64,000 nucleotides of DNA. Origin: Octopus sinensis. Taxonomy: Eukaryota. The position numbers were made by a program, and so were the translations under genes. The notes under the pieces are model-generated. The model did no database searches, was not told the DNA's origin, and was given only the letters and a program-made list of their open reading frames with translations. The first letter of the stretch is position 1, and each line of letters opens with the position of its first letter. Location of the stretch: assembly GCF_006345805.1 (NCBI RefSeq), contig NC_043015.1:3906001-3970000 (forward strand), in the 5' to 3' direction. Shown piece by piece: positions 13,366 to 27,456 of the stretch.

Positions 13366-14125
13366 GGGTACACTCAAATTTCACTGTTCATTTCTCTTTC
13401 AGTTTCGACCTACATCTCTGCACTTACACGAACATACACTAACACACGCACTCGCACATACACACACGTATGCTTACACACAATCACACACCACTCTCGT
13501 ATATATACACATGCATGTATATTTATACGCACAAATGGATATATACAGACTCATATATATATATGCATATGGATATGTATATATATAGTCACATGTACAT
13601 ATATACTTGTATATATATGTGTGCATATATATATATGTGTGTGTGTGTATGGGAGGGGGGGCGTTTATTTTTATAAATTTGGTTTACGGTCAAGTTTAAT
13701 ATTATCACTCTTATATATATATACAAAGACACACACACGTACACACACACAAATATATATATATATAATATATATATAGATATACATATATATATACCAG
13801 GTGGTGCTATTAAGTTAGACATGGCCTGGGCCAATAATGGCCGAAACCATCAAAGTATCAAAGTATATTATATATATATTATATATATATATATATAATA
13901 TATATATATATATACGTGGTTTATATACATTTTTGCGTATACATATATATACATGTGTGGAAATTTATATATATATATATGTGTGTTTGTATATATATAT
14001 ATGAGATGGGTGTCTGTTTATGTGTATGTATGTGAGTGTGTACGTGTTTGTTTATGTCCCTGTAAATACAGAGATGTAGGTCGAAACTGAGAGAGAAAGG
14101 ACCAGTAAAATTCGAGTGTACACCA
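13366..14125. repeat. Old inverted repeat pair (~85 bp arms) around microsatellites
   Basis: cagtttcgacctacatctctg near 13400-13420 and its reverse complement cagagatgtaggtcgaaactg near 14069-14089. The flanks match at roughly 80%. Confidence 0.7.
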
Positions 14126-14740
14126 CTTCGACCAACGCTAATATAGTAAATAAATAAATTAGCGTATAGATATATTTGCATGTGGTTTTCGTTTATTACT
14201 GTCCGTTTATTTTCTTTTATTTGCTTCAGTTATATAACAGCTATGATCGCACCGTCTTTCCATCTTTGCTCACAGATCTTGAACCTACTACAATTTTTAA
14301 TGATTGCACCTTCTTTTCTTTACGAATCACAAAGTCACGAGGATGTAAACAGTAAAGAAAAGAAAACGTGTAATCAAGCGTCGTCAGTGATAACCACAAA
14401 CACAGACAAATGTAAATCACACACAAACATACACCTATATATGACAAACGTCTTTCTGCTTCCGTGTGTGATATCGACACTGAAAAATTTGATCGGCCAC
14501 AGATATGAAATAAGTTGCATGCCAAAGTTACCAAGTAGTTGGACATTATTCGGCACTATGTGTTTACAAAATCAACCTTCATAACTTTTAGTTTCATCAC
14601 ATTGCGTCAACGTATCAACTTATACAATCAAATTATACCAATTATACTGATCAAATTATACTAAATGCAAGGGCTTTTCATCAAAATTTAGTAATTCTGT
14701 TAGATTTTACAGATTTTTTTATAGGCGCTATATATATATC

Positions 14741-14784
<44 letters not shown>

Positions 14785-15580
14785 TCATACATGAATGAAT
14801 AAACATGTAGTATTTTTAGTTACAACCATACGAGTCATTGTTTGTTTGAAAATATTGATGATGAAATCTCTGATGATATTTGGTTTAAATGTGTCGGTAC
14901 AATCTTGCAAAAAACAAAAAGAAGTTAAACAAGATTCTCTGAAGAATATCGCACACTATCATTCTAACAATCTCTCAGGGAAAGTGTAAATATTGGATAC
15001 ATGAAACTGGCATCAAAATAATGTCTTCGGCAAAGATATGTGGCGACATATACAGACGCAGTATTGGAGCAGAAGTATCAAATACGAAGAAAAAAAAAAG
15101 ACTTCTTTGTGAAAGCGAAAATATGCACACTATGATATTTTGAGGAAAAAACATAGATAAATAAAATCAAATTGTATAAGATTTAGGCAGTGATTGATGA
15201 CGATAGTTAAGGGATGAAATGAAAAGAGAAAGTGACAAAAAATTATTTGTACGTAATAAAATAAAAATAATATATAAAATCTTGGTACTTAAAGGAAAAC
15301 ATATAAAGGTAGGAAAGTATTGGAAAATATCACTGGCTAGAAATAAGGTTTATGTCGTCTCAAAACTATTGCAAGATGAAATATTGTAATATTTATTTTT
15401 ATACATTTAGATATATGTTCGCTTGTAAGGTTGGATAAAATGGTTTCATCTTATTTATTTTTTTTCTTCAGTGAGTCGCAGCATATAAATGGGCCATTAT
15501 CAATATTTTTATCATTTCCATTTCCACTTGGTTGTTTCATATATACCTATGTATACATTGTGTATATATATATATATATA

Positions 15581-15623
<43 letters not shown>

Positions 15624-15732
15624 TATATAATCTATAACATATATATTTATATATATTTATATATTTATATATACGTATATATATATATATATGAATATAT
15701 ATATATATGTGTATATAATATACTATATATAT

Positions 15733-15781
<49 letters not shown>

Positions 15782-16282
15782 TATACATTCGTGTGTATAA
15801 TGTAGATATTATACATAGATGCGTGCGTGTATATGTATGGATGTGCATATGTATATATTCATATATCATCAGTTGTCAAAGAAGACGTAACCAATAAATG
15901 ATGCATCATCATGATCAATAGGTTTATTTAATCTGTACAGCGAATTTCTTGATAGTGAAACGGAAGGATTCATTGCAGCTGAAACTTGTCTAAGACGCTT
16001 ACAAAACAAATTAATCATAAGTATTGGAAACATTGCTTCTATATATTACGAGCCGCTCGTAAGAACAGTTACAGTGACTATGCGCTATTGCAGCGATTCT
16101 GTCTATATATCAATATATTTCCTTACAGTTCTTTGTCTGTTGTTATTTTTAATACGAATCGTATAAACGTTTTTGTTGTCGTTTTTTGGCTTAATTCCGT
16201 GCTGTGGAAACATGCTTATGCGTTATACGAGACAAAGTAGGAATACAAATCTAACTAAACATATGTACATATACATACATAC

Positions 16283-16315
<33 letters not shown>

Positions 16316-16323
16316 ATATATAA

Positions 16324-16376
<53 letters not shown>

Positions 16377-16723
16377 CTTACATACTAACGATAAGATATT
16401 TGATATCAAAAAGAACAAATATCTGTTCTGATATATACTGCTCCCATTTTATTTTTATTTATTCATTTATGTATTTATTTATTTATTTATTGACTTCTGA
16501 AACACATATACGAATATCTCCTGCTAGAACTCTAGGAGATATAGTTGTCAGTTATTCTTTAATTCATCAACATTTTTGGGTCATGCTGCTTTCCCCACCA
16601 TCACCCTCATTCGCATGGATATATTTATATGTTGTACCTTCAATTACATATTCACAGCTATCTATCTATTGTCTATTTGTCTATCGAAATATCTATTTCT
16701 CTATCTATCTATCTATCTATCTA

Positions 16724-16763
<40 letters not shown>

Positions 16764-17278
16764 ATATCTATCTATCTATGTGTCTTATTATCTATCTATC
16801 TGACTGTCTCTCTGTCTATCCGTACAACACTCCCTCTTCCGCGTCTCTCTCCGCCTCTCCCTCTGTTTCCGTCTGCCTCTCAAACTCTCAGTCATACAGC
16901 ATTTTCTGCATACTTCACTGCATTCTTGGATATCAAAATAATAGCGTATTTTTTACACGCCAATACACATGTGTGTGGCTGTGCGTGTATTAATATCAGT
17001 GCAAACGTGTTTGTGTGAGTATCACTGTGTTTGAGAATGCTCATCGATGCGGAGGTTTTATATAGGTTAATATAAAATATATACAAATAGAACCTTATAT
17101 ATATATATATATATATATGTGATGGGTTATTATTATTCTCTGTAATAATAACCTTCTCCATAGGTTTCTAGACATGCAAACGTTACGCTCGCTATTATAC
17201 TCTCTCTTTCTTAGTCTTTGTTATTATTTCTGTGTACATATAACACCCACGCATATATACACATGCATAAAAAAACAG

Positions 17279-17322
<44 letters not shown>

Positions 17323-19114
17323 TATATATATATATATATTTATATAGATTTATATATGTAGTATGTAGTCGTGTTCAAGAAAATATTTTTTTACGTCACA
17401 GATATTCCTACATATGTTAAGTGAAGAGAGGAATAGTGAAATTGCGTTAAAGGAAAGTATATAGAAAGTCACTGATTAGAATCAACAGCTAAAAGAAAAA
17501 AATAACAAACAATATTTCTTTGGATAAATGATTCAATTTTTATTTGTTTATTTCTTCTTTTTATAAATTTACTGAGTTCTCTTCGTTCGTATATTAACAA
17601 CATTCTTGTTTCGTATTTACAATAGCATATATAGATTTGTTTTCTAGTTATTCATTCCTTTCTTCTGATCCATCTCCATGTTTTTCCATTTTCCGTTTAA
17701 CTTCATATTTTACATTACTTTACTTCACAATAGTTTTCTTTTCAACTTTTTCATGTATGTGTGTGTGTTTGCGCATGTTGGTGTATATGAATCAATAACA
17801 AAAATGTAATATGAATAAGTTTGGATAAAGGGAAACATGAATTAAACGTGACGGAAAAAATGCACATATTTTTTAAGTATGTAAATGTATTGATTTGATC
17901 GAATATCTTTATCAGTATCTATATCGTTTCAGCACACCTTTATTCATGAATATTTGAAATGATATTAGCAAAAAATATTGAATTCTTTTATCAGATACTA
18001 GTCAATTGTTCAGACTCTCTATATAAATGGTGCCTTTTATTTATTCGTGTAGTTGTTATACATGCTACGTTAATGATGGATGTATTTAAACTAAATACGC
18101 AGAAGTACATTTTCATGTGAAAACCGTAAACATGAAATTGAATGAACCAAACTAGTATCCTGTGCGTTGATGCTTCATCTGCCATAAATAACAACTGCGT
18201 ATCCTTTCATCTCACGTAACTAATCCATGAAAAATGTACTCAAAGGCATTTCATCTAAGTCTGTAATGGTAATTCTTGATACGATCTTTATTTAAAATGA
18301 TAAAATATATCTGGTCTTTGAGTTTTCAGTTAAACTGAACAAGGCAAATGGAGAGCTATATGGTTTTCTTAAGTGACACTCTTATAGATATTTTTTCGTG
18401 AAGTTACACATCTAAATGTTTCATATTATATTCATTGCATTGCAGGGCATGAAACGAAAATATAAATACTATCATTGATTTGATTCAGGGATCAATCAAA
18501 ACATGCATAATTGATGTTCTATTTTACTACATGACACTCCTGATAAACATATTTAATCTTTGTAGAAATGTACCACGAAGTTCTAAACTTTTCCAATTTT
18601 TTCTATTTCTTATTGAGGAAGCCATTTCATTGATGATATATTCTCTTTACTTTTTCATCTAAAATCTATCGACATCCGAATGTAGAAAAATGTTTCGGCA
18701 ATATATTATCTTGGATAATACATGGATAGAAGTAAATATATTTTTGGGGAACATTTCTTAATCACTTATCTACCACTTCAGTAATAACAAAACTTTTGTT
18801 AGTGAAACTCACTGATAGAAGGTAATTTTTTTTTGTATTTTGTTTTAGAATATATCGAATGTACAGGCGAGAATTTCCTCAGCTTGAAACATTTTGACTA
18901 ATTTCAAATACTGAATACCAAAGCAATTCACATTGTAATATACATCCAGGAAGAAAATTCCATAAAGAATCATCTAACAGTTATTTTTACTTCAAATTTT
19001 ATAAATTGAAAAGAAACAATGAATAAAATAATAGCGTATAACGAACGGTCATGAATGCAATCTATGAACTGAGACGCAGAAAGTCACATGTCGGCACTCA
19101 TCTTGGCCATTGCG

Positions 19115-19393
19115 TTCGAACGGACGTTACTGCAATTTTTAACAGGAGAGGATTTCCTCTAGCTGGTCAAATATGGAACCTACATCCGACAAAGGAAGCG
19201 AACCCTTGCCATATTCGAGTGGCCTGACCAGCAGACCAGCCTGGTTTTAGGAAACATCTGCACTTCCTCAAGAATGGACACTTCGTCTGCTAGAGATCGC
19301 AGTAGCTCGCTTCTGTTTGAAACATACATACATAAACTCTGCCAACATTCTTTAGTGACAAGGGATTAGAAATTGCAACAACGTCCGTTCGAA
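19115..19393. mobile_element. MITE-like element with 28 bp inverted repeats
   Basis: ttcgaacggacgttactgcaatttttaa (19115-19142) matches the reverse complement of 19366-19393 at 25/28. The interior is GC-richer than the flanks. Confidence 0.6.
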
Positions 19394-21214
19394 TGGAATC
19401 GTCATGTTCGCCCTTACACGGCCTTTAGAACTGTCTCCTGTACTTATATAATGGCATACAATATCACATGCCTACATATACAGACATACAGACAAACACA
19501 CACATATGTAACTGCATACATAGGTATATTGTTTTGCCAATGACACTGAAGCACAATATTCAGTGATATTTGTAAGGATTGTGTAATTTCTAGATTAATA
19601 TCATTCACACGTTGAATGGATTGCTGTCTTCGAAGTTTCGCGAACAATCATTCAAATTATCTCTCCATAGAGCACGAATTAGAATCTGACGTTCTTCTAA
19701 TTGGGCAGTGACGTTTCTGCTGTGTTATTATTGAAATTCATTCTTCAACAGATTTAGAATTGTATTATCGTTAACCAGAGTATATTTTCCAACATAGATA
19801 TTCTTAGAAAACCTAATAGTAATCGCTGTTGTATTTTGGGACGGTCATGTTGCCAGTTTAGACAATAAAATACATGCAACATATATTTGGTGCTCCCTGG
19901 CTTCAGCTTTATTTTATATTAAATGCATTTCGGCTAGAGTCTTTCGTCACACTTCTGTAACTTCATCAGTGGTCCTTTGGTTTCTTCTTTCTTTTTTGTG
20001 TCTTTCCTTACTAATGATCTTTTGTTCATATCTAGTGCCTGTGGTTTTAGTGGCTAAACCGGCAACATGACCATCTCCAAATACAAAAATATCTTTCAAC
20101 ACATGAATTCACATCAAGAATCTTACAAAACGAATATATAAACCTGATAGACAACATTTTTTAGAAAAAAAAATATTTCCGTTCTTTTAGTCTGAACCGT
20201 CCCAAGGAGATATATTTCCTGTTATGAATACTTTTGAGGGCCTTTGTTTCAGAAGCTTTGTGACAGTGAACTATTAACGCTATTGATGTCCAAATATGCT
20301 TGAAGACAAACCGTGTTATATGATCTATCATGCAGTTAGCACTCCAGCAACATATACAACTCACTGAAATGACTGGTATAAAAATCATTTGAGTAATTTT
20401 CAATTTGTTCTTAAAGATTCTGTTTCTTGCAGTTAGTTGCACGTGCAGTTATAACATTTACAGTTTAATTTACCGATATAACAAAATAATTTAGCAGAAA
20501 ATATTTCGAAATTGATGTTTTGATGTAGCAGTTGTATACATTTTTTACTAAGATTAATCTGCTCGTTTGTAGATTTAAATATTACCAACTTGACATAGCA
20601 GCATATTCTGCATCGAATATACACATGTATTGTAGTTGGAATATCATTTCACCATATAATAATAAATTTTTAAATAATATATGTTACATTAAACACAGTG
20701 CAATAGAAGCACTAGACTTTGTTGCTTTTCAACAAGTGTTACAAATGCAACACATTTTATTTCAAATTTCATAGCAATGTCGTTTTGAAACATGACACAG
20801 ATTATTTCTTCCCACAGGTTAATCGATTTCAGTCGGAAACTTCTAATCAGTGAGAAAACTCAGAATTATCATTTTTCTGAAATTTAATGTGAGACTGGAA
20901 TGACAGGAATATTCTGTTAGCTTTCTTCTACTACTGAAAGTAAATTGGTTTTCAACTATTTACCTACTAAACTACAATAGCTTATGGACTTAGTGCAAAG
21001 AATAGAACATTTTGTTATAAACGTGGTTACATGTAGAGCTAAATGAAGTTATCAATTAACCGGCTGTTATACAGAAACCTATTCAGACGCCCTGACGCCT
21101 CATATATATCTCAATACTTTATGTGAAAGATCAATGTGGATTATTTTGAAACAGTAAGAAAAGCCAATTTGAAAATTATGCATAACGCTCCATTATCTCA
21201 ATAATCCTTTCTAC

Positions 21215-21395
21215 TAAAGGCACGAGACCTGAAATTTGGGGGGAAGGGTCTTGTCGATTAGATTGACCCAAATACGTAACCAGTAGTTAATTTATCGACC
21301 CCGAAAGTATGAAAGGTAATGTCGATCCCAGCGGCATTTGAGCGAAGAAAGTACGACGGGTGAAATACAGCTAAGCATTTCGTCCAGCGTACCTT
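21215..21395 (+). mobile_element. Octopus-type SINE fragment
   Basis: Contains aaggcacgagacctgaaatttggggg...tcgaccccgaaagtatgaaaggtaatgtcgatcccagcggcatttg. Confidence 0.7.
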
Positions 21396-22009
21396 CCTAT
21401 TATCACAATAATGCATTCGATTTTAATCCATACGTTTGTAAAAGTAAATAAATGACGTGAAGATATCAACCGATAGTGGGGCTGTTCAGTCCAAACTCAA
21501 AACTAAGAGATCACAGCTGTAATTGTTTGTGAAGCAGTGCAGTCATATTTGTAACTCCATTTTAAAGATTTCAAGCCGGTTTACAATAATTCCACAGTTA
21601 TTGAAAAAGGTTGACCTACTCTGTAAAGTTCCTCAATGACTAGATTTCATAACTAGTAACATGATTATTGGTAATATGAATCGATGTCACAAGGATATTG
21701 GATATACTAATTTATTGAAACTAAAAACAAACAAAATAATGGAAACAGGAAATAAGCTACAGTAAGTGTTGTTTAAGAATCACTTTTCTACAATGCCAGT
21801 GACGTATATGCCTGGCAAAAAGAAAAAGATTCCTACAAATATATTATAAGATACTGCGTAGAAACGATTCTGCAAAATGATATAAAAACAAGATTGTGAT
21901 ATTGATTGCTGATATTTCCAATACTACAAAAATATATCTAGAAATAGAGAGTAATTAATTTTCAAAGTTTATTTTCTCTAAGATATGCTTATTCAAACAG
22001 CGTGTATTA

Positions 22010-22052
<43 letters not shown>

Positions 22053-22063
22053 TATATATATAT

Positions 22064-22095
<32 letters not shown>

Positions 22096-22157
22096 AGTGT
22101 GAGTGTGTGTGTGTGCGTGAGTGCGTATATATATATATATATATATATATCTATATA

Positions 22158-22193
<36 letters not shown>

Positions 22194-22197
<4 letters not shown>

Positions 22198-22435
22198 ACA
22201 ATTGCAGCGTGGAAGGTGTTTGTAAGCCATTTAAGAAACACACAAAAGCCGTTCGATTCTGACAAAAACATGCGCTGCATCACGGATGCAGCACGGATTT
22301 TTGTCAGTGAACAGGTCGCGGTCATAAAGCGACGAAAATATTTTGACAAATTAAACTTAAATGTTGAAATGAATCGAGCGGTTTTGTGTGTTTCTTAAAT
22401 GGCTTACAAACACCTTCCACGATGCAATTGTTTTC
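22194..22435. mobile_element. Fold-back element (66 bp outer arms, inner hairpin 22259-22307), probably a Penelope-like terminus
   Basis: 22194-22259 matches the reverse complement of about 22371-22435 with about 3 differences. It contains a hammerhead-like motif at 22300-22350. Confidence 0.75.
22300..22350 (+). ncRNA. Minimal type I hammerhead-like motif with G3:C8 core variant
   Basis: TTTGTCA GTGAACA G GTCGC ggtcataaa GCGAC GAAA ATAT TT TGACAAA: 7 bp stem I, 5 bp stem II, palindromic AATATT stem III. Confidence 0.45.
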
Positions 22436-22497
22436 GTTTCAGCTCACGATCTCAGATCAAATCACTTGCTATGCAAGTACATCTCCGTAATATATAG

Positions 22498-22547
<50 letters not shown>

Positions 22548-22563
22548 ATAGGTAGATAGATAA

Positions 22564-22634
<71 letters not shown>

Positions 22635-22853
22635 GATAGAAGTTATATCCTATATATAACGTATATGACTGTATATATAAATCTATGATTACCGTCGACT
22701 TCCGTCATTCGATCATAATGAATTTCTCAATAATTTCATCATCTACTAAGGTGGCAAGCTGCGAAAACAGATAGAAATCCAGGCGAAATACACAGCGGCA
22801 TTTTAGCCGACATTATATTCTGCTTTTAAATTCTTCCAAAATGCATTTTGCGT

Positions 22854-23033
22854 TTAATCTTTTGGAGGCCGATATACATTCAAATATATACGATCAGGTT
22901 TCTCAGATGTAGCAATTGCGCCTCCTGCTGCTACGTTGTCTCCAAAAACCAGGTTTCTATAAGCATTATCAACTAACATATATCCGTTAGAAACCTCGGT
23001 AGGCTCATCAATTCTTGTTCTTGTTTGCTCTTT
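22854..23033 (-). CDS. Candidate terminal coding exon (KEQTRTRIDEPTEVSNGYMLVDNAYRNLVFGDNVAAGGAIATSEKPDRIYLNVYRPPKD*)
   Basis: Acceptor tttcttcagtcttacttatag, 59 open codons of non-repetitive protein-like composition, then TAA. Tyr motifs (YRNL, YLNV) resemble receptor cytoplasmic tails. No upstream exon confirmed. Confidence 0.35.
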   Translation of the reverse strand, partial: KEQTRTRIDEPTEVSNGYMLVDNAYRNLVFGDNVAAGGAIATSEKPDRIYLNVYRPPKD

Positions 23034-23109
23034 CTATAAGTAAGACTGAAGAAATTTTGGGAACGTCAACGTACTCATGAACTAGAAACATTGCAGGATG
23101 ATTAAACAA

Positions 23110-23294
23110 TGACAGAAAAAGGGATTATATCGATTACATCAACCCCAGTGCGTAGCTGGTACTTATTAATTCGATACCGAAAGGATCAAAGGCAAAGTCG
23201 ACCTCGGTGGAATTTGACGTCTGAATTTATCGGCAGACGAAATGACGCTAAGGAATTCGACCGACATGCTAACGATTCTGCCAGCTCGCAGCCC

Positions 23295-23296
<2 letters not shown>
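23110..23296 (+). mobile_element. Octopus-type SINE fragment
   Basis: Contains aaggcaaagtcgacctcggtggaatttg...gctaacgattctgccagctcgc. Confidence 0.75.
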
Positions 23297-23357
<61 letters not shown>

Positions 23358-23399
23358 TGTTGGCATCCTTTTGTCTCGGGTCACAATGGAGTTGCGCAT

Positions 23400-23755
23400 G
23401 AACTAATTCAGTCTTGTTTTTACATTTCATGTCCTCTCCGATTTCCTCTCCAGTTTTGCGCAGGCCCGGGCTAGATGTAAGAATATCCTGGGTAGCCCAA
23501 TCGTCAGGATTCCTCTCTCGACCTTGCTAATGTTGGCCAAAGGAGTGCGGAGCATTACGTTTGATACCAGCTTGGTTGAAGGAGCTGCCGGAAAAGTGTC
23601 GTGTCGAACACTAAACCGCCTATGGGGCTCCACTTCGGAAATCTTTGAAGGTAGTCTCTTTCCCTTAACCCTGGATAGGGGACCATACCGCGTGCTGTTA
23701 GCCGGACCCACCTGAGCCCGGGTCTCGTGTCAGGCGGTGTCGTCACTCTGTGAAG
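23400..23755 (-). mobile_element. GC-rich fragment resembling the 5' region of an RTE-clade LINE
   Basis: Abrupt GC-rich island. Minus strand ...gtggagccccataggcggtttagtg... resembles RTE 5' regions as I recall them. No RT motifs present. Confidence 0.35.
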
Positions 23756-24578
23756 TAGTGAAGAAAATTGCTACTCACTACTTTTTTTTCTTTTGAACAA
23801 ATGACCAAATTCGATATTTATATATTTATGTATTTATTTATGAACTGTTTAGATACATTTTGTTATTTTGTAGAATTTCAACTGGATAAATTTAAAATAG
23901 GGTTACTATAGAAAAACTTGTCTCGCCTTGCGGAGATTTGCCTTCCTGCGATAATATATTTCAGGAACCCAACAATTCCGGAATTTGATTTATTCTACTT
24001 TGCTTATTTCTCACACATATTCTATTTCTGTCATAGATCTTATATGTCCATAGAATTATTGATGAAACCTTTGTACACTTTACATCTTCTGAGTGTTATC
24101 ATTTCCACCCTCACGATACGTATGTCAATTCATTTATTCATACGTTTATCTCAATGGCGTTTTTATAGATTTTTTTCATTACTTGGCCTTAAATATATGA
24201 ATACATCAAAGTGACTTATCTCACCTTCTTTTGAGCGTACACACTGTTGGTTTGCAATTTATTGCTCATTAGTGATATTTCAGATGATTTCTACACCCAC
24301 GATATTCTTTAATCGTGTACACTTCTAAATACAACAAATTTGAATTGTTGTTCTTCTTTCAGAAATTATTCGCCGTTTCAATTCATAATAACATATGTGA
24401 TCTCGTATTTAGGTGTGTTTCAGGTCATTTACATATAATTATTTCTATCTTGTATTAATCGAATAATTTAATATCGTCGGTTGCCTCTATATAATATTTA
24501 TTTTGTCTGTAAATTTCGAATATCATAAAATGTTATTGTGTGTAAAGTAGTAGAAAATCAATCATATTTAGAAATTTT

Positions 24579-24800
24579 ATTTCTTTATTGCCCACAGGGG
24601 GCTAAACATAGAGGGGTCAAACAAGGGCAGACAAGGGGATTGAGTCGATTATATCGACTCCAGTGCGTAATTGGTACTTAGTTAATCGACCCCGAAAGGA
24701 TAAAAAACAAAGTTGACCTCGGCGGAATTGGAACTCAGAACGTAACGGCAGACGAAATACGGTTACGCAGTTCGCCCGGCGTGTTAACGTTTCCGCTGAA
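24579..24800 (+). mobile_element. Octopus-type SINE
   Basis: cccacagggggctaaacatagagggg...cccagtgcgtaattggtac...gacctcggcggaatt...cgtaacggcagacgaaatac. Confidence 0.8.
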
Positions 24801-27162
24801 ATTGAAGACGAAAAGGTGCGGGTACAGAAAAAGTTAGGAAGAGGAGAAAGAAGGGAACATGAAAAAATAAGAGGCACAACATTTTGAAAATGAAGTTAAA
24901 AATGAGGGGAAAAAAAGAGGGAGGGAGAAAGAAGGCGTATGGACGTAGATTTGTTAATGTTTTTTGTGCCTGAAAGGAAATTTGAAACATGAAATTCAGC
25001 AGTAATATCGAGTAGATAGATTAATGATGAACCACAGAAATGGGTTGGGCAGATTTCATTATCTCTAAATATCCCCTTGAAATATTTTTCAAATATATAT
25101 GAGTAAATAACTAATGGCATGAACACGTGAGAAACTGTTCTTGCAATATACAAAACAAAATATTCGCTATATGAACATCAATTTTATTCTATCAAATTAT
25201 TTGTGCCAAACAAATAGTGTCTCATGTGTCTGTAAATTGAATGTTTGTATATATTTTTGGGTGTAAATTTTCATATATATTTATGTTGGTTCATCTGCAA
25301 TACTAGTAGGCAATGGCAGATTCGTACTCATAATTTAAATATAGAAGCAGCGTCTCTGAAGTATTGTAATTTAGCTCAATAAGATATATGCTACTATTTT
25401 GGTGCATTTCACAAATTATTGAAATACTAATATACAAATATAATTTGTAATCTGAAAAGCACCTTTTTGTCCAGAAGTCACGGAAATTCAAACTTAAATA
25501 CTGAAATAAAGAGTTTCGAGATAGGAAATTTTAAAGCGATGCAAAAATTAAAATATTAATGCAGCACTTGTATTTTCTATATTTAACTTGCAATGTTCAA
25601 AGAGCGAATAATATGGAGAAAAGAATTGCATAGTAAAATGAAAGAAAGTATATTTAATACATAAAATCAAGACTAAAATATGAATGAAAGATATAAACAT
25701 TTTTAGCAATGTAATATACACAAAGCTGAAAGCCTGGAAAACAGACAAACAATTGAAAGCCAGTGTAATATATATGAGATTTTAGATCATAAATCTGATT
25801 ATAGATACTACGGCAGCAAAACACGCTGCAAAATTAGGAAGTAATTCATTAAGTTGATCTCAAAAGACATTTGATGTATCTCTGCTGAGAAAACATTATA
25901 GAAAGGGTCAGAGATATAGAGTGATAGCATGCTGCAACAGATAGAGAGTGGAAATAGGGAATCAGAGCCCAATTAATCTCAGAGGATAAACGTAGAATCT
26001 CAGAGAAAATAAATAGAGAAAATGAGAAAAAATTATCGCATTAAGAGCAACAAAAGCTAAGAATGCAAAGAGCTGTTACAAGATTACAAACGGAAAAAGA
26101 TCTAACTGAAAGGAAATCCAATACATTTAAAGTAAAGAGAAAAATAACTGCAATAAGTGTAGGTGGTATATCTCAAAAATATGGCGATGCCCAGCAAACA
26201 AATGAAATAAAATCGACTCTGAATCAGAGAGGCGCATAAATATCAGGTAATGTGGAAAACATGAGAGGTGTATAAGGCATAGCAGAATGCCATAAGAATA
26301 TGATTTGGCATACGCTGAATCACATACATAAGTTCATTTTTGAAAGGAGAAGAAGGTGTGTGTACTGGCAAATCGAGACATGATATATTCAATGACTGAT
26401 TTCATCCTTCTACAACCCTCATCATCCACTCATTAGACATTCTGTATGAACTGAAATAGTAGACATTAACAATAGCATTTACTTCTGTATTAATGGAAGA
26501 ACCGAGAGTTGAAACTCTAAGGCCAGTTTATCTTTCACTTTGCATAGCATGCGTAAATTCGTCAACACATCTATACATAAACGAAACGGAGTTTGTTCTT
26601 TAACAAAACCTAATGTCACAAAACCCCATTAGCATGATAATGTAGGGAGTGTACTTCAGTTCAGCGAAATATCAGAGAAAAGAAAATTAACGCAAACCTT
26701 AGCAATATTCAAAGTAATGTGGAAGAAAATTGAGGGATGAACAACAAAAACCAGGCCCCTCTCAAAAATTATGATGCTTTCACTATGTATCTTGCTCACT
26801 AATGTCGCAATAATTAATCAAAAGCGGATGAGTTGGTAATGAGATATAAAGCATCATACGTAATGACATGAATTCACAGAGACTTCCGTAATTTTCCCAC
26901 ATAACTTGATTAAACTTTTTAATCTTAAAATATATTTGGAAGATTCGGGAACATCGTATACACATTAACTATTTCTCATGATCCAAGGTAAGAAGCTGAT
27001 GGGATATTGTTTGCAAGATTTGTGTGACGTGGTTGCATTTGAATTATGTGGAATTAGATATTAGGGTTGTCTCGCATCTTCTGCCGAAATACACTAAACC
27101 TCGTTTTCTGTCTGAACATCCATTTTTTGATAACATCTAATAAATGAAATAGTTTCATCTAA

Positions 27163-27200
27163 CTGAATATTATCGATACGTTCGTATCGATGATATTCAG
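27163..27200. repeat. 18 bp-stem hairpin with 2 nt loop
   Basis: ctgaatattatcgatacg-tt-cgtatcgatgatattcag, with one T:G mismatch. Confidence 0.85.
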
Positions 27201-27380
27201 ATTGGTGAAAAAAAATGCTGAAAGATCATAAACGAAGCTGTACCGAAAATTAAGTCAGGTGGCATATGCATCTACGCATACTCTGTGTGGTGGAAACACG
27301 TGTAGGAGGTCGTCGTAACCATAAACATATGCTGTATGATTTGTAAAATGTAGTATAAACATTCAGGATGTACCAGTCTC

Positions 27381-27456
<76 letters not shown>

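Noticed and set aside
13825-13855. ggcc-aataat-ggcc-gaaac stem II-like remnant
   Set aside because: No CUGANGA core or stem I.
14230-14355. LYNSYDRTVFPS resembling a Cys-loop receptor N-terminal L..YD..VRP motif
   Set aside because: The match is only a few residues, the frame stops after about 41 codons, and no Cys-loop or TM exons were found in the window.
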